A DNA stretch of 64,000 nt, from positions 50,654,001 through 50,718,000 of the forward strand of contig OZ241831.1 of the NCBI GenBank assembly GCA_965202585.1. The letters run 5' to 3'. A model generated the notes under the pieces. That model was not told where the DNA came from. It was given only the letters and a program-made list of their open reading frames with translations, and ran no database searches. Made by a program: the position numbers and the translations under genes. Shown one piece after another: positions 29,201 to 42,813 of the stretch. This DNA is from Thalia democratica (lineage: Eukaryota). How positions within the stretch are numbered: the first letter of the stretch is position 1; each line of letters opens with the position of its first letter.

Positions 29201-32200
29201 ATCACAAATATTATATAGTTTTATAACATTCGGATTTAATGTTAAGTATTTCACCTATTAAGGCCATAGGGGGGGTCCACTTTGTTTTTTACAACTTGAT
29301 CTTATTTTGTAGAATTTAATTTAAGCTATCAGACACTTTTAACCGCTTAAAAAAACTCAAAGTAACTTTTGAGATATAAGCGATCAAAGAAAGGGCGTTC
29401 AATACGTTCCTTATAGAAGGCGAAAACTAAAAATGCGAAAAAAGACTATTTCACTAAAAATCTATCTCCTCCTTCATTTTTTGAGTATTCTTTCTTAAAT
29501 TTTCACAGAATGTGTATCATTAAACTTTAAAGAGATCTATTGTAAGAATTTTTTTAATTTTGAGTAAAAAAAAATTATTGTCAAAAAACTACCCTTTTTT
29601 TTAGTTTTTTGTGGATAAAATTTTTATTTTTCAAAATTTCAAAAATTCCAACAGTACAATTCTTCAAAATATTAAAAGGAACATTTCCTGAAAATTTGAA
29701 GTCTCTAGGTCAAAAAATGAAGGAGGAGATAGGTTTTTAGTGAATTTTAAAATTTCCGAGAAATTGACCCTGAAAAATTTGCAGTCCATACGTTTATATT
29801 GGAAAATTTTTACAAAAAGTCAAATATCTCAAAAGTTAAATGATATTTTTGAATTCTATAAAAACTGGCTTATAGTTTGTACTTCAAGCTTTCATATAAA
29901 AGCCAAAGTTAATTTTATTAAAAAAAATGTTGGACCCCCCCTATGGCCTTAATAACTATTATCTGTAGAATATATCTTATTTTAATGAAAACATATATAC
30001 ACCTACTTTATTCTTTGCTTCTATTCTCTCACTACAGTAATTATTTTTTTACAGAACCCAGTTGAAGTGTGTTGATTCGTTGACACACAGAAACATATGT
30101 TGGTAGAATAAAGGAAGATTACTGTATAATTTGTTTTTATTTTACATATATACTCTCTATATAAAACATTCGCCCTTTACTTTTAAATTACCAATTTAAA
30201 CTTTCGCGAATGACACGATATTGCCCACTTTTGCAAACCTAGACTTAAAGGCCCCTTATTGTTGAAAATTGTACAAAGTGGAAAAATATTGAAAAAATAT
30301 AAATAATAAAAAAACACTTGTTTAAAACCTGTCTTTCTGCTCGCTAGATGACGCCATGGGGTCCTTGTTGGGGTTGGGGTGGTACTGGGGCCGCATGGAC
30401 TCCCTCACCCCGTTACCCTTGGCAACGAACTCCTCGTTGAAGGTGGTCGTGGTCGCCATGGGGACGGTGGGCGCCTGGTAGCCCCTCTGCGCCCTCGGCG
30501 GGTGGGGGGTGATCTTCTTGGCGTCGAAGTCCAGCTTGTGGGTGGTCAGTCCCTCCACGGGGGCGGTCGACTTCAGGGCCACCTGCTTCGGTTTGGCTGA
30601 CAGGGCGGGCGCTCCTTGGGTGCCGGCAAAGTCCTTCAAAGTTTTTTTATCTATCTACTTTCAACCATATACTATAGTTTTGTTTGTTTTATAATATTGT
30701 CAAATAAAAGTATTTTTTTCTTTTTAAGTGACAATTCAAGTTTATCTCTAATTATATAAAGCTTTTTTTACTCTATCAACTAAGCATTCAAAATTTTTTA
30801 TTATACAATTGTCTAATTTTTTTGATAATGTATAATATAGCTAACGATCTAATAATTGTACTATTTTGTTTTTATGTAATTTTTTAATGTAGATAAAAAA
30901 CACTGTATATGCAAAAAAAAAGTTATAAAAACAAACAAACAGTGAACTCTAAGCTATAAATAAAATCCTAAACACAGAAAAACTTGAATTCTATAAAAAA
31001 TCAAAAAATTTCCAACTTAAAAATTTATTTTGTTATTATTTTTATTTGATCTATCTTAAAGATTTTAAAACAGTTTGCTATTTTACAGTTGACAACTAAA
31101 CTAATAGTGTGAGAATATAAACATACTTAATACAACATTATTAAAATATTAAGACTGCAATCAATATATACTGTAAAATACAAATCAACGAAATCACTCT
31201 TGGCTCTCTACATGCATACTAATAAAACAAATCACCAACCCTCATGACGGTGGTGAGGTTTTCAACTTGTTGGGTTGGCGGTTGCCAGTTTCTAAGGGGC
31301 CGGGGTCTGTCCGGGTAATGCGCGCCCCAACTCTTGAAATCATCTGTTCGAACAATTTACATCATCAAAATTTTATCAGGGGACATACAAAGTACATGAT
31401 TCTCAATTTTATTTGCATTTGGGTTTTTTACTTTTTTACGCTGTGCCATTATCTGAGAACAAGTGGTTAAAAGGTTATGAAGAAAAAAAAAATGCAAGAG
31501 TTTACAAAGCCTGGTCTTGTATGTGTCATGAAAAAAGCTCTACATTTATTTAAAACAGCTTCAACATTTCACAGCCAAAGTTTCAGTCTACCTAGTGATC
31601 TAACAAATATGATCAAAACCTGTAGTTTTTAAGATTGTACAAGTGAAGATTGTAGAAGTGTTTTTCAATACATCTGATGGAATAAACACTAAAAAAATTA
31701 ATTACACTCCTTTAGATACTTAGCTAATCTTTAAGTGGGCGATTTTTTTTTAATAAGAATTGACTGTTTAAATTTTAAATAGTCATGTACAGTAATAGTA
31801 CTTCAAACATAAGTTTTAACCAAAAACCATTTATATTAAACAACAATTCTGTAACTGGCATTTTAAACTTATTGAACTAAAAAATTTTTTTAGGTTACAA
31901 AGGTGCATTTATGATAATGAAGTCATTTTTTATAACTTAAATATTTTTTGTTTAAAATCTTAGCTATCTTACGCTTTAAAGCAAATGAGTTGAAGAAAGT
32001 TAAGTTTCAAACATGTGTACTTTTAAGTTAATTTTTAAATAGACTACAAAACTTAACATTTTTAATGACTGTTAAACTAATAAAACTTAGTTTTTTGCAA
32101 CAAATGCTCTTTGTATGCTAGACACAAGATTTTTAGTATTATTATTTACAAAAGATTGATAGTTAATGGAGAAAAATTTTCATCAAAAAACAGTTATTTG

Positions 32201-35200
32201 GATTTTTGTGAGTATTTATGTCAGAACCAAGTTAAACTAAACAATTAAATTTCATTCTTTTTCCTACATGTTATTAATCATAGTTAAACAAATTTTATAA
32301 CTGTCAAAACAATTAACAAACTTTATTATCTTTTATATTCTTTAATATCAACAAGTTTTTTACGAAAATTGTTTACTATAAGAATTCAATAAAATCTGAA
32401 AGGTTTTCATAGAGAATTATTTTTTGAAAAACTATTTAAATAGCTAAATTACATCAAAATATTTTCTATGAGTTCTCAATACACTATAATGAAGACATTT
32501 TATCAGAGAGATTAATAAACTAAAATCTCGAAACTTTTAAACCAGGTTAATAACCTACAAAACCGCTTGATTTTTTTGGGTAGATAAAGGTCATTAGTAA
32601 TAAATAAAATTCACTTACTCAAAATTGCTAGTCATAAAGCATTAAAACATACTTGTGTCATTCAAATTTTTAAAGCAGGGATCAACAACTTTGTTTTGTT
32701 AATGTTTTTCAAATACAGTAAAACTGTTTGAAAGCAAATCTTATTGAAATTTTCATAAAACTTCTGTTTTGTCTTAACTTATCTAAAAACAACTTTAAGT
32801 CTTAATTAGCACTAAAACTTATATAATCCTTCCAATGAGTCATTGTCTGACTATTTCTACTGCAGTGTGTTTCAAAACCTTACAATTACAAAAACCTCAA
32901 AAACAGAAATGTTTAGTTTTAATATTTATAGAACCAAACCCATTTGGGTTATAGTCTGACTACTACCACTGCAGTAAACTCTACAAATACAAAAACCTCA
33001 ATACAAACAACAAACTGACGCGCGTAAGTTGGCAGGGCATCAAACTTGGCACCGGCCGGTCTCCTGTAAGCCGGCTTGATTGGCATGGCAGGCGCCCCCT
33101 TCCTGTGGGGGAAGTCTTCCTGGTACATGCTGTGGGTCTGCATGGACTGGGAGGGAGCTATGTACGGCAGTTTGGGCGGCAGGGTGTGCTTTGTTACTTG
33201 CTTCGGGTAGTAGTCCGCACTGTTACCAGTTTAATTTTAAACAACTTGACAGCTTATATAAACTTTATTTATCTAATTGATAACTTTTAAACAACTAAAT
33301 TAATAACAACATGGTAATTACTTGAATTTTACTTAACAAAAAGCAGCTAAAACTGAAAAAAAAATCATGAGGAATACTTTGAGCTGTATAGAATAAAGTA
33401 TATATTGCTCATTACACATTAATGCAGGTTAAAAAAAAACATGTGTTTTTTAAGGCTGTAAGGGGGTGAGCCATGTTTTTTACAAATTGGTCTTATTTTA
33501 TAGAGTTTTTACTAAGCTTTAAGTTCCTTTTTGCAGTTTGAGATATAATCAGTTAAAGTTTGGTCGCATAATAGGTTCCCTATAGGAAGGGAAAACTAAA
33601 ACAGCAAAAAAGACTATTTATTTAAAATCTATCTCCTCCTACATTTTTCAAGCAATCTTCTTCAAAATTTCACAGTTAATTTTTTATACAATAATAAAAA
33701 AACATACCTTTGGACTTTAATAAATTTTAAGTAAAAATTTACTTTTTTGAAAATAAAAACTTTTATTTTTTTGAATTAATAAAACTCATAAGTAATGTTT
33801 TTTCTCATAATATAAGCAAAATTTCTTGAAATTTGAAGAAGATTGCTTAAAAAATGAAGAAGGATATAGATTCTGAGTGATTTTTTTTTTAATTTCAGAG
33901 AAAATTGACACCAAAAAATGTGGGGTTCATAAGTTTGTATTGGAAGTTTTTTATAAAAAGTAAAATATATCAAAAGTTAAATGATAATTTTGAATTATAT
34001 AAAAACTGGCTTGTATTTTGAACTTGAAGCTTTCATATTATAGTCAAAGTTAACTTTTGTAAAAATAAGTGTTTTACCCCCCCCCCCCTATGGCCTTAAA
34101 TAGAGTATTTCCGTTTAATTTACAGGCAACTAAAGTGGATATTTACTTTTTATTTATAAAGTTATTTTTGAAAATTTAATAAAGTTAAAAAGCTAGTTGT
34201 TACAATAATTTTTAAACGTGGGTAAGGATCTGTTTGAAAACAGTTCACATATATTTAAAACCAATCTCCATGATAAGCTTCAAACTAAACCTAAAACTTT
34301 TTAAAATATTCACTAAAAAATAATTTGAAACATTGAGGTTGGTTAGCAATCAGCACTGTTAAAAAATATCAGACTCACTTTTAGTACTCTAATCTATGGT
34401 TCAGAAAAATTATAAACCAACTAACTTCCAACAAAAACTTAATTACATACAAATGATAAGTACAAAATGTTTACTTATTTTTTCAACAGGCAGCATTAAC
34501 TTTTATAAATCTAACTTAGAACTTGAGCTTGGCTGTTTTAAATGTTTAATACTCCTACAAAAAAATTTTACATGTCTTTACACAGCTACCTAATAAAACT
34601 AACTTAATAGAAAAAAAAAACTTAATAGACTTAAAAATTAGAAAAAGATTCAATTAATTTAGAATTAGCTGCTTTAAAAAGAAAACAGTCTTTGTACAAC
34701 TTCAATTTTTGAAAATTAGTTATAGTATACTTTTTGCACAAAAAATTTTACAGACTGTTTTTTAAGCATAACAAATAAACATGAAATTTAAATCTACAAA
34801 ATGTAAAAAAGTTGCAGTCACCATAACCTGAAAAATCAGTGTATATCAGTATAAAATTCTATATAAAATACAAAAACAAATAAATAAAACACTCTCTCTA
34901 GTTTTTTGTGATAGTTTATACGTATTACACTACTTTTCGTCAGAACTTAACAGTAGAATAATTCTAAAACTATGAATAAGTTTTTAAACAAAAACACAAA
35001 AAGTTAAAACTAACAAAGTAATAAGCACAATAAATAATTAGTGTAAAGTAATAAATAATTAAACTCAAATACTACTAACGGATAAAAAATAGATAATTTA
35101 ACTAAATAAAGACACTTTATAATCAAATTCCTTCTGTTTACACAGTTCTGGTTTCTCCAAAAATATAGAGATAGCCTCCAACTTCACGAGATCAAACACA

Positions 35201-36912
35201 CTATTGCAATGATGGATTATTCTAAATCTGGATATGTCATATTTCCTAGCACAATCTCTATTATTTATTAGATGTTCTGCAACTGAAGATCTTTTTGCTG
35301 CGTTTTTTGTTGCTATTGTCTTTATTTCAGGTTCTTGTTCGATGAATTTCAATACACAAGCAGGTAGATGTTCTTTTATCCTGGTTTTTAAGTGCCTAGA
35401 GGTCTGCCCAATATAGCTCTTTTCGCAAGAGCAATTAAACTTGTATACTATACAACTTTTGTCTTTGTCTGGTATCGGGTCCTTCAACTGCACTTTTAAT
35501 AAAGATTTTGAAAGAAATATAATTCTTGGAAGCACTTGATTGTATGATGTTTTTGTTAAGTCTTTTAGTTTGCTCTCAATTACTCGTGATTTTTCTCCAA
35601 TATAAGGTAGTTTTAATATTGCCTGGAACTTCTCCGGTCCGAATAGTCTAGGTTGATTTATGTTATTGTGGTGTGATTTTATTACCTTCTTAATCAGATC
35701 TGGTGGGTAACCATTTTTTTTTTTTTTTTCATATCCAGATTTAGAATAATCCATCATTGCAATAGTGTGTTTGATCTCGTGAAGTTGGAGGCTATCTCTA
35801 TATTTTTGGAGAAACCAGAACTGTGTAAACAGAAGGAATTTGATTATAAAGTGTCTTTATTTAGTTAAATTATCTATTTTTTATCCGTTAGTAGTATTTG
35901 AGTTTAATTATTTATTACTTTACACTGATTATTTATTGTGCTTATTACTTTGTTAGTTTTAACTTTTTGTGTTTTTGTTTAAAAACTTATTCATAGTTTT
36001 AGAATTGTTCTACTGTTAAGTTCTGACGAAAAGTAGTGTAATACGTATAAACTATCACAAAAAACTAGAGAGAGTGTTTTATTTATTTGTTTTTGCATTA
36101 AATATGAATTAGCTGATAATGTTTGAACTATATAAAATAATTATCCAACCAAGACATCCTGCTCTTTTCCTTTGTTCATAAACTTAATACAATTATATCA
36201 AACAACCTAATATTTATTTAATATCAACTTGTTGACAAAAGTTTTTCACACTTACAGATAAAGCAAAAGTGAGACAACTCACTCAGCCAACAAATATTTG
36301 AAAGCAAACAAATGCCATAACAATGCCAACACCTGGTGCCTAATAAGATTAATGTGTTTAAAGCAAACAAACGAGAAAGTTGTGATGTCAGCAACGGGCG
36401 CACTGGGCTTGTTCCACTTCATGTTGGGTTTGAAGCTCTGGCGGGGCAGCAGCAGCTTGGGCGGGTACTCGTCCACATAGTTGGTGTTGTTCAGGTAACT
36501 GTGGTTCCAATTTGTCGGGTCATTGTTGCTTTTGCGGTGCCACCTGTAAAGCCATTAAGTATGGTTGACATTTATTGAAGGAATGCAATAAAAAAAAACT
36601 TTGTTTACTGATTTTTAAACTTAATTAGATTTAAGTTTTTATTTTAACTTTTTTTCTTTTTTTTTTTAATGATAATTTAAATAGTAACCCTATGATTTTT
36701 AAAATACTTTTGGTTGAAACAAGAAAATAAAAATAAAAGTATTGTAAAAATGTAAAAATATATTATTTAAATAAAAAACACCAACTTTTGTTTTAGGAAC
36801 AAAAACTAGTTATATTAATATGAAATTAAAATTATTAAAAATATTTTCAAGCTTTTTAACTTTTTTTACTTAATAATCCAACTTACCACCGAGTGCTTAC
36901 TTTTGCAGTCAT
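26210..36912 (-). CDS. SAXO: Stabilizer of axonemal microtubules (SAXO1/2, FAM154-like) with 12 Mn-type repeats, 7 exons, 429 aa
   Basis: Exons 36912-36887, 36543-36373, 33219-33020, 31343-31240, 30633-30329, 27014-26749, 26427-26210. Total 1290 nt, phases consistent, stop TAA at 26210. Twelve repeats of P-x-(F/M/L)-x-x-x-(T/S)T-(Y/F)-x-x-(D/E)-(F/Y), e.g. PFDGTTTFKESF, EFEGSTNYMHDF, KFDALPTYAHDF. The first exon (MTAKVSTRW) is inferred from a perfect gtaagt donor in the right phase. Confidence 0.88.
29262..29948. mobile_element. Non-autonomous TTAA-targeting DNA transposon, Kolobok-type, 687 bp, in a SAXO intron
   Basis: TTAA on both sides (29258-61, 29949-52) and a perfect 18-bp TIR ggccatagggggggtcca. 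GG...CC termini fit Kolobok (RR...YY) rather than piggyBac (CC...GG). Internal inverted match 29456-29484 / 29710-29738 (28/29). Confidence 0.85.
33454..34095. mobile_element. Second, more diverged copy of the Kolobok-type element
   Basis: TTAA flanks, right TIR ccccctatggcc, degenerate left TIR ggctgtaagggggtg, shared internal motifs (gaaaactaaa...aaaaagactattt...atctatctcctcc). Confidence 0.8.
34871..36095 (-). mobile_element. 5'-truncated Penelope-like retroelement with an inverted copy of its 3' end, in a SAXO intron
   Basis: ORF 35757-35098 encodes the post-RT NGYP region and a GIY-YIG endonuclease (CIVYKFNCSCEKSYIGQTSRHLKTRIKEH...AEH). Arms 34871-35236 and 35730-36095 are 366-bp inverted repeats with 2 mismatches seen. 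Confidence 0.92.
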
Positions 36913-37521
36913 TACTTGTTAATAAATATGCATAAATCTAAAGGAAAAAATAATCAAAACAAATATTAAATGATAATTATTAACATTTTTTATACTTACT
37001 ATCAGATTTAACCTTAATAATAAATAAAAAAGGACTGATCAGAAAAAAAAAAGAAAATTTAAACACTAGTTTGCCATTTTTAACAAAAAAAAAAACAAAA
37101 AGGAAGTTAGTAATAAAATCTAGCCTAATTCAGTGTGAGCTTATGAGAAAATTAAAAAATATAGTACCAGCCAAAATTTTAAAATTTACCGTTTTGCTTT
37201 GAACCATAAGAAATTAATATATCAATAAAACCATTTTCAAGTCACACAATAGCCAGAGATTTAAAAATCAAGTATTGAAACTAGACTGAGTTTTGGCAAA
37301 AAAAGACTTCAAACATGCCTGAGTCAGACAGAATTTTTGAAATAGTTATTTTAATTAGCTTGAGAGACCTATACTATTCTAAAATTTAAGATTATCTTGA
37401 GTTAGCATTATTAGTGTGTGACAGCAACAAAAAAACTGTCTTGGTCACTTAAGCTAGCCTAAGCATTTTATTTTAAATAAGCAATAAAATTGTATAAAAC
37501 TTGATTGATAAATTGGCTTAA

Positions 37522-38190
37522 GGGCATAGGAGTGGGGAGGGTTACCTTTTTTTGAATATTAATTTTGTTTTTACATAAATAATTAAGCTACCAGTTACCA
37601 GTCACAATTTGTTAAAATCAAAAGTATTTTTTTAAATAAAGTTAGAGGGTACAATTGGTTCTTTATTCGAGGTACAAACTAAAAAGGCAAAGTTAGACTA
37701 TTTCACTAAAATCTGTTTTCTCCTTTAGTTTTTGAACAATTGTTTAAAAAAATTTTAAGACTAATCTTTATTAAACTTTGAAGATTTTGTAAGAAAAAAA
37801 TTTTTTTTTTTTTTTTCTTTAAAAAAAATAAACAAAAAATTTTATTATCTTTTATTTTGGTAATGAACTTTTTTATCAATTTTCTTAATTATCTGATCCG
37901 TGCAAACTGTTTGTAATACTGAAAAGTACACTTACTGAAAATTTGAAATAAATTGCTTCAAAAATGAAAAAGAAGATATATTTCTATTGTTTTTTTTTAA
38001 GTCTGAGAATGTCAGCCTGTAAGTTTTTGATTCCATGTTGTATCTGAATTTTTACAAAACAATGTATATCTTAAAAGTTATTTGATTTTTTAAATTCTAT
38101 AAAAAGTATCTTATGGTTTATACTCTAAGCTTTCAAATAACAACCAATGTTAATTTTTGTAAAAAAAAAGTGCTGGACCCCTCTATGCCC
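37522..38190. mobile_element. Third, oldest-looking copy of the Kolobok-type element, upstream of the SAXO start codon
   Basis: ttaa|gggcatag ... ctatgccc|ttaa, plus internal agactatttcactaaaatct shared with the other copies. Confidence 0.75.
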
Positions 38191-40920
38191 TTAAATACCA
38201 TAACAAGTTAAAACATTTAGATTTGCAAAAGAATATTTCCAAATTAGTTGAAAATTAGTAATAAAAAATTGGAAATAATAAAATTTGTTGCAGTTATCAT
38301 ATTAAAAAGAGTTGTCACTGTTTGAGGCTCAAAGTCAGAGAGAAGTGACTAAAACTAGTCTGCACTGGCCTTTAAAACACAACAAAAAACTAGTTGTTCT
38401 AAAGTATTTAATTTATTTAAAATGATTTAAACCTTCAAAATTTTTTTTTTTATTTTTCTTTAATATAAAATATGTTATTTTCTTTTAAACTTTTCATTCA
38501 AATTTTGCTTTACTTATAAGCTATTATTATTTTTTTTATTATTTTTTATTTTTTTTTATGGTAAAAAAACATCAGTCTCAAACTCTACCCCTTGCAACGA
38601 ATAAAGTGCCCAGTGTGAGGATATTTATTATTTTTCAAATATTAAAAAAATATTCTAAATTGTGGGTAAAACTTATCATTTTTTATAAAATAAGTAAATA
38701 AAACTGCTAAAATAATAAAATATACACAAATTTAATTCTTTCAATCAAAGAAATAGATCTAATTATAATTTAGCATTGTTTATTTTTGATAAAACTTAAT
38801 AAAAAATAAGTTTTATGAAAGTTTTAAACGATTTATACTCGTTTTTTAAGTAAACTAGTTATAATGACGTTAGATCATGATAAATAATTCATTTTAGTGT
38901 TTATTAAAATATTTTGTTTTTTTTGGTAGAAAAAAATCAGACTTGCTCTTCCCTCTACATCTAATATATAAAACAATATGCTTTAACTGACTTATCTATT
39001 AAAAAAATCTTTATCATAAGAAAAATTACTTGAGAGAAGTAATAATTTATGAACATAAAGCAAACTGCAAATGTTAAAGAAAATACAGAAGCAAAACTAA
39101 AGAAGATTTATTGAATAAACAAATATTTATCCAAAACCTCTTCTGAACTTTCATTTTATTATGAGTAACTAAGAAGCTACTATGTTGTCAAGTGGCGCTA
39201 GTGAAAACTAAAATGGCTTTATAATCAAAGTTGATGAAGTGGATTTTAAGCGATGCAGTGCACTATAATTCATTTATAATTTTAAGAGAAAACAATAATT
39301 TCAAAGCTTGACAAAAAAGTATATAATTTCAACTTAAAAAATTCAATGATTTAAGAAATTCATTATTAAAAAATCAATGCTGTCGTTACTGATCAATACC
39401 AGCAAACGGTTGCTTCTGGTAAAGCATAATAAACCGTTAGTTCGCATTACGACTGCAAGTTTTTTTATAAGTTGTATTTCATGGTTGCGGCTGACTAACA
39501 ACTTTTAATAAGAACAAAACCCGGGTCTCAGTCCACCGTAGGCTTTTTATAATAATTGTAGTCTTATAATTGAATACGTATTACCAAAGCACTATTATAA
39601 AAAACAAAATAAAACATATTTGTACCATAACTAAAAACACTTACTTGATAATGAATAAAAAGTTTACTTTTTTAGTATGCTGTGCTTCTTGTGAAGTAAT
39701 TAATTTAAATTGTTTGTATCAAAAAATAAATCTATATTCAGTGTTTTTTGTAACTACTTGTATAAAAATATTTAAACTGTCATAACTATAAAGTTTTGGC
39801 AATAGTTTTCAAGTTTTGTTAGTACAATTTAGTTAGCAATTTAAATAACTATATTATATAATTATTTTGTTACTGCTTGTATTAAAATATTTAGATTGTT
39901 ATAGTTATAAAGTTTTGGCAGTATTTTTTAAATTTTTTTTGTGCAAATTAAAAAGCAATTTATAAAAATTTTTTTTTTAAGTTAAAAACATTATATTCAA
40001 TATAAATTTTTTAACTCTGTTCTAATTTACCAACTACCAATGCATGAGTAAAATTATACAAAAGTCAGTGATAGTTCTTAGCTTAAAAGTTTTTTCGCAG
40101 GCTGGTCTTTTAAAGATTTATTTGTTTTTAAAATTACATTTGGAAAAACGGACTTTAAAGCCACATTTAAATAAAACAACTTACAAATATTTTGGTTGGT
40201 TTATTTATTGACAAATCTATATTTTATATTATCTTTGATAAAACACCTTGTTTTTATGATATAGAAAAGTATTTTTTTAGCTAAAACTACATTGTAAACT
40301 TAAAGTTTATGCTTAGCGGTAGCGGTACGTTGTCAGATTTTTATAGCTAATTATTGCCCTCCTATCATTTTTTTTTTAATTTACGTACAAAATTTTTAAA
40401 TCTTTTGGTATCACACAAGAGCTAGGTTTGACTATTTTCGAAAATCAATGAATAATTTAGCTTAGGTTAAAAAATTATAATGTAGTACTCTTCACACAAA
40501 TTTTCAATTTGTGAAAGTAAACTTTTTTATAACTTAATACTTAAACTATAGCTTTTGCAACCGAGCAAAACAAATTATTATGTTTTTTAGGTGATTGAAA
40601 AATTGTTTTCAAAAAGATTTTTATTGTTTATAAAAGTAATTATGAATTAAAAATGCGGTAATTTGTAAGTTTGGTTCACATTTTGTGACTACGCACAGTC
40701 GTTTAAACTTGTAATTTATAAAATCTTAAGTTAGCATTTTGAGCTAAACTTCGTATAAGAATTTTAGATTAAGTAAACTTTACTTAAAAATAAGTTTTTT
40801 TAAATATGTTTACTTGCAATTCACTGATTTCTGTTTAATATATTCAAAAAAAATATATAAAAACAACTAAAATACAATGAAGTATTTTTATTTACAACAA
40901 ATAGTCTAATAAAACAAATA

Positions 40921-41106
40921 TTAATTGGCGCACCGGATCCGATGAAAATGGTCCTCGGCGGGTCAGAGCATTTTGAATTATTAATTAACCAGATCCAGTG
41001 TACGAGTCCTACATGATAATCCTTTTTTAGATCCGGATCTGGAAACTACAATTATCCGGCGGAATCCTAACTTAAAAAAAATATTCAGATCCAGGTGAAT
41101 ACTAAT
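40921..41106. mobile_element. Degenerate MITE remnant with internal GGATCC/GATCCGG repeats
   Basis: Imperfect terminal inversion (atta...gcaccggatc / gatccaggtgaatactaat) and a GC-richer island. No target duplication identified. Confidence 0.4.
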
Positions 41107-42813
41107 TTTATGGGTCTGGTAGATGACTATTTCGAAACCATTTTATTTAAATAATAATTGTCAAATAGGACGTTTTAAGTTTATGTTTATTGAGCACTCA
41201 GATTTCTATATTTATAATAACCGTTGATGAACTAATACTAACTTTATAAACACATTAATTTGGTTACTAAAAACTACTCAAGACAAACTAATGTTTGTTA
41301 AGTTTAACGTAGCTTTTCAAACTTTCTTAAAGGTATTGTTTCACTGAATTTCATCGTCACACCTAACTCATTGTAAAAAGAAACTATGGTATTAATGTAC
41401 TTTTCCGTTGACATAACTGATTATTCTTTATTTGCAAGTGTTAAAAATGTGTTAAGTTATTTTCGCTAAGATATAAAGAAAATAGTTTGAACTTTTACCT
41501 AAATGTTATAAGTACAGTTTAACAGTTTAAATTTCATTCTCATGAACGCAAAATTTGAGAGACAATCCTTATTGGAAAATTAAGTAAAATGTAAATATTT
41601 TCTTTCATTTAAACAAATTTTCCGATTTTGCGGCTTTAGGTAACAGACGCGTCTTATAACTGTCCTTAAACCTTATTAAAATGTAAACTTGAGTAGTTTG
41701 AGTGAAAATAGTTGACAAATATTTGTTGGAAAAAAAACCTTTTCCTAATATTAATATAAACAGCTTTCTAGTTATTTGGGAATTTCATTTCTAACGAGTC
41801 CATTTTTATGACGGTAATTAACGTGGTAGATTGCTAAAGGTAGATATATAAAATATCAGAGTTAAACAAATTTTTACCTTGGGTAATTTGAAAAAAGGAT
41901 ATTCCAACTAGTTTTAGACAAAACAAAAAATTAGAACAAAACGGTGTTTTTGTAAATACATATAAATTTAAAAAAATTAAATAAACATGTTTTGAAACTT
42001 TGATTATCACTTTATGTTTTGTAAAAATATGATACAAAGTTTACATATTGTAATTACCTTGGTGGACCGGTCTCTTTACTTTTGGGCTGGTCATTTTCAT
42101 CTGTATGCCAAACTCCAATAAAATAAAAAAAATGTTAGTATTTAGGGTCCAGCCCACCCCTAGTTTAGACCATTTATAGTTAAAAAATAATTTTTTGAAA
42201 AAGCTTGATTAAATTGTATCGTATTTTAATCTTAAATCCTATAAAATAATATATATAAATGGATGCCAGTCTAATATTATTAAGAGAACTATTTGTTTAA
42301 TAATATTCTTAACGAAAAGCAAGTATAATTATTTTTTAAATGCATAAAAATGTTTTTTAAGTTAAACTTTTATTACAAAACACGAATAGATAACCACTAA
42401 CAACAACTTCGTACTTGAAAAACTTTAATTCATAATACGTAAGAACAGTTTTCACTAACAAAATAACCACCTATTTTCTAAACAAAAAAATTATTAGTGT
42501 TTAAACAAATAATGTACCTATTAGCACTCAATATTTATTCAAGTTCTTTTATCACAAACCGTTTAAACCGTCAAAACATTTAAACCTCTAAAGAAATGTT
42601 CGGACAAAAATTTAGTTATCAGGCTGACAAAATCCTAATTGAACCTGTATCAAAATAAACATCTGAAAACTATAAAAATGTTTATTAAAAAATTCTCTAC
42701 ATGTAGACGTAATTTGAATCAATTCATTAATCAATATAATTATTAGGCAAACTAACAAATACAAGGCTACTAAATGCAAAAAAAACCAACTCAGTAGTGC
42801 ACGCAATTAAAAG

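Noticed and set aside
34915-34965. Hammerhead in the tail of the foldback Penelope
   Set aside because: CTGACGA is present on the sense strand, but I could not find the GAAA half or a consistent stem III.
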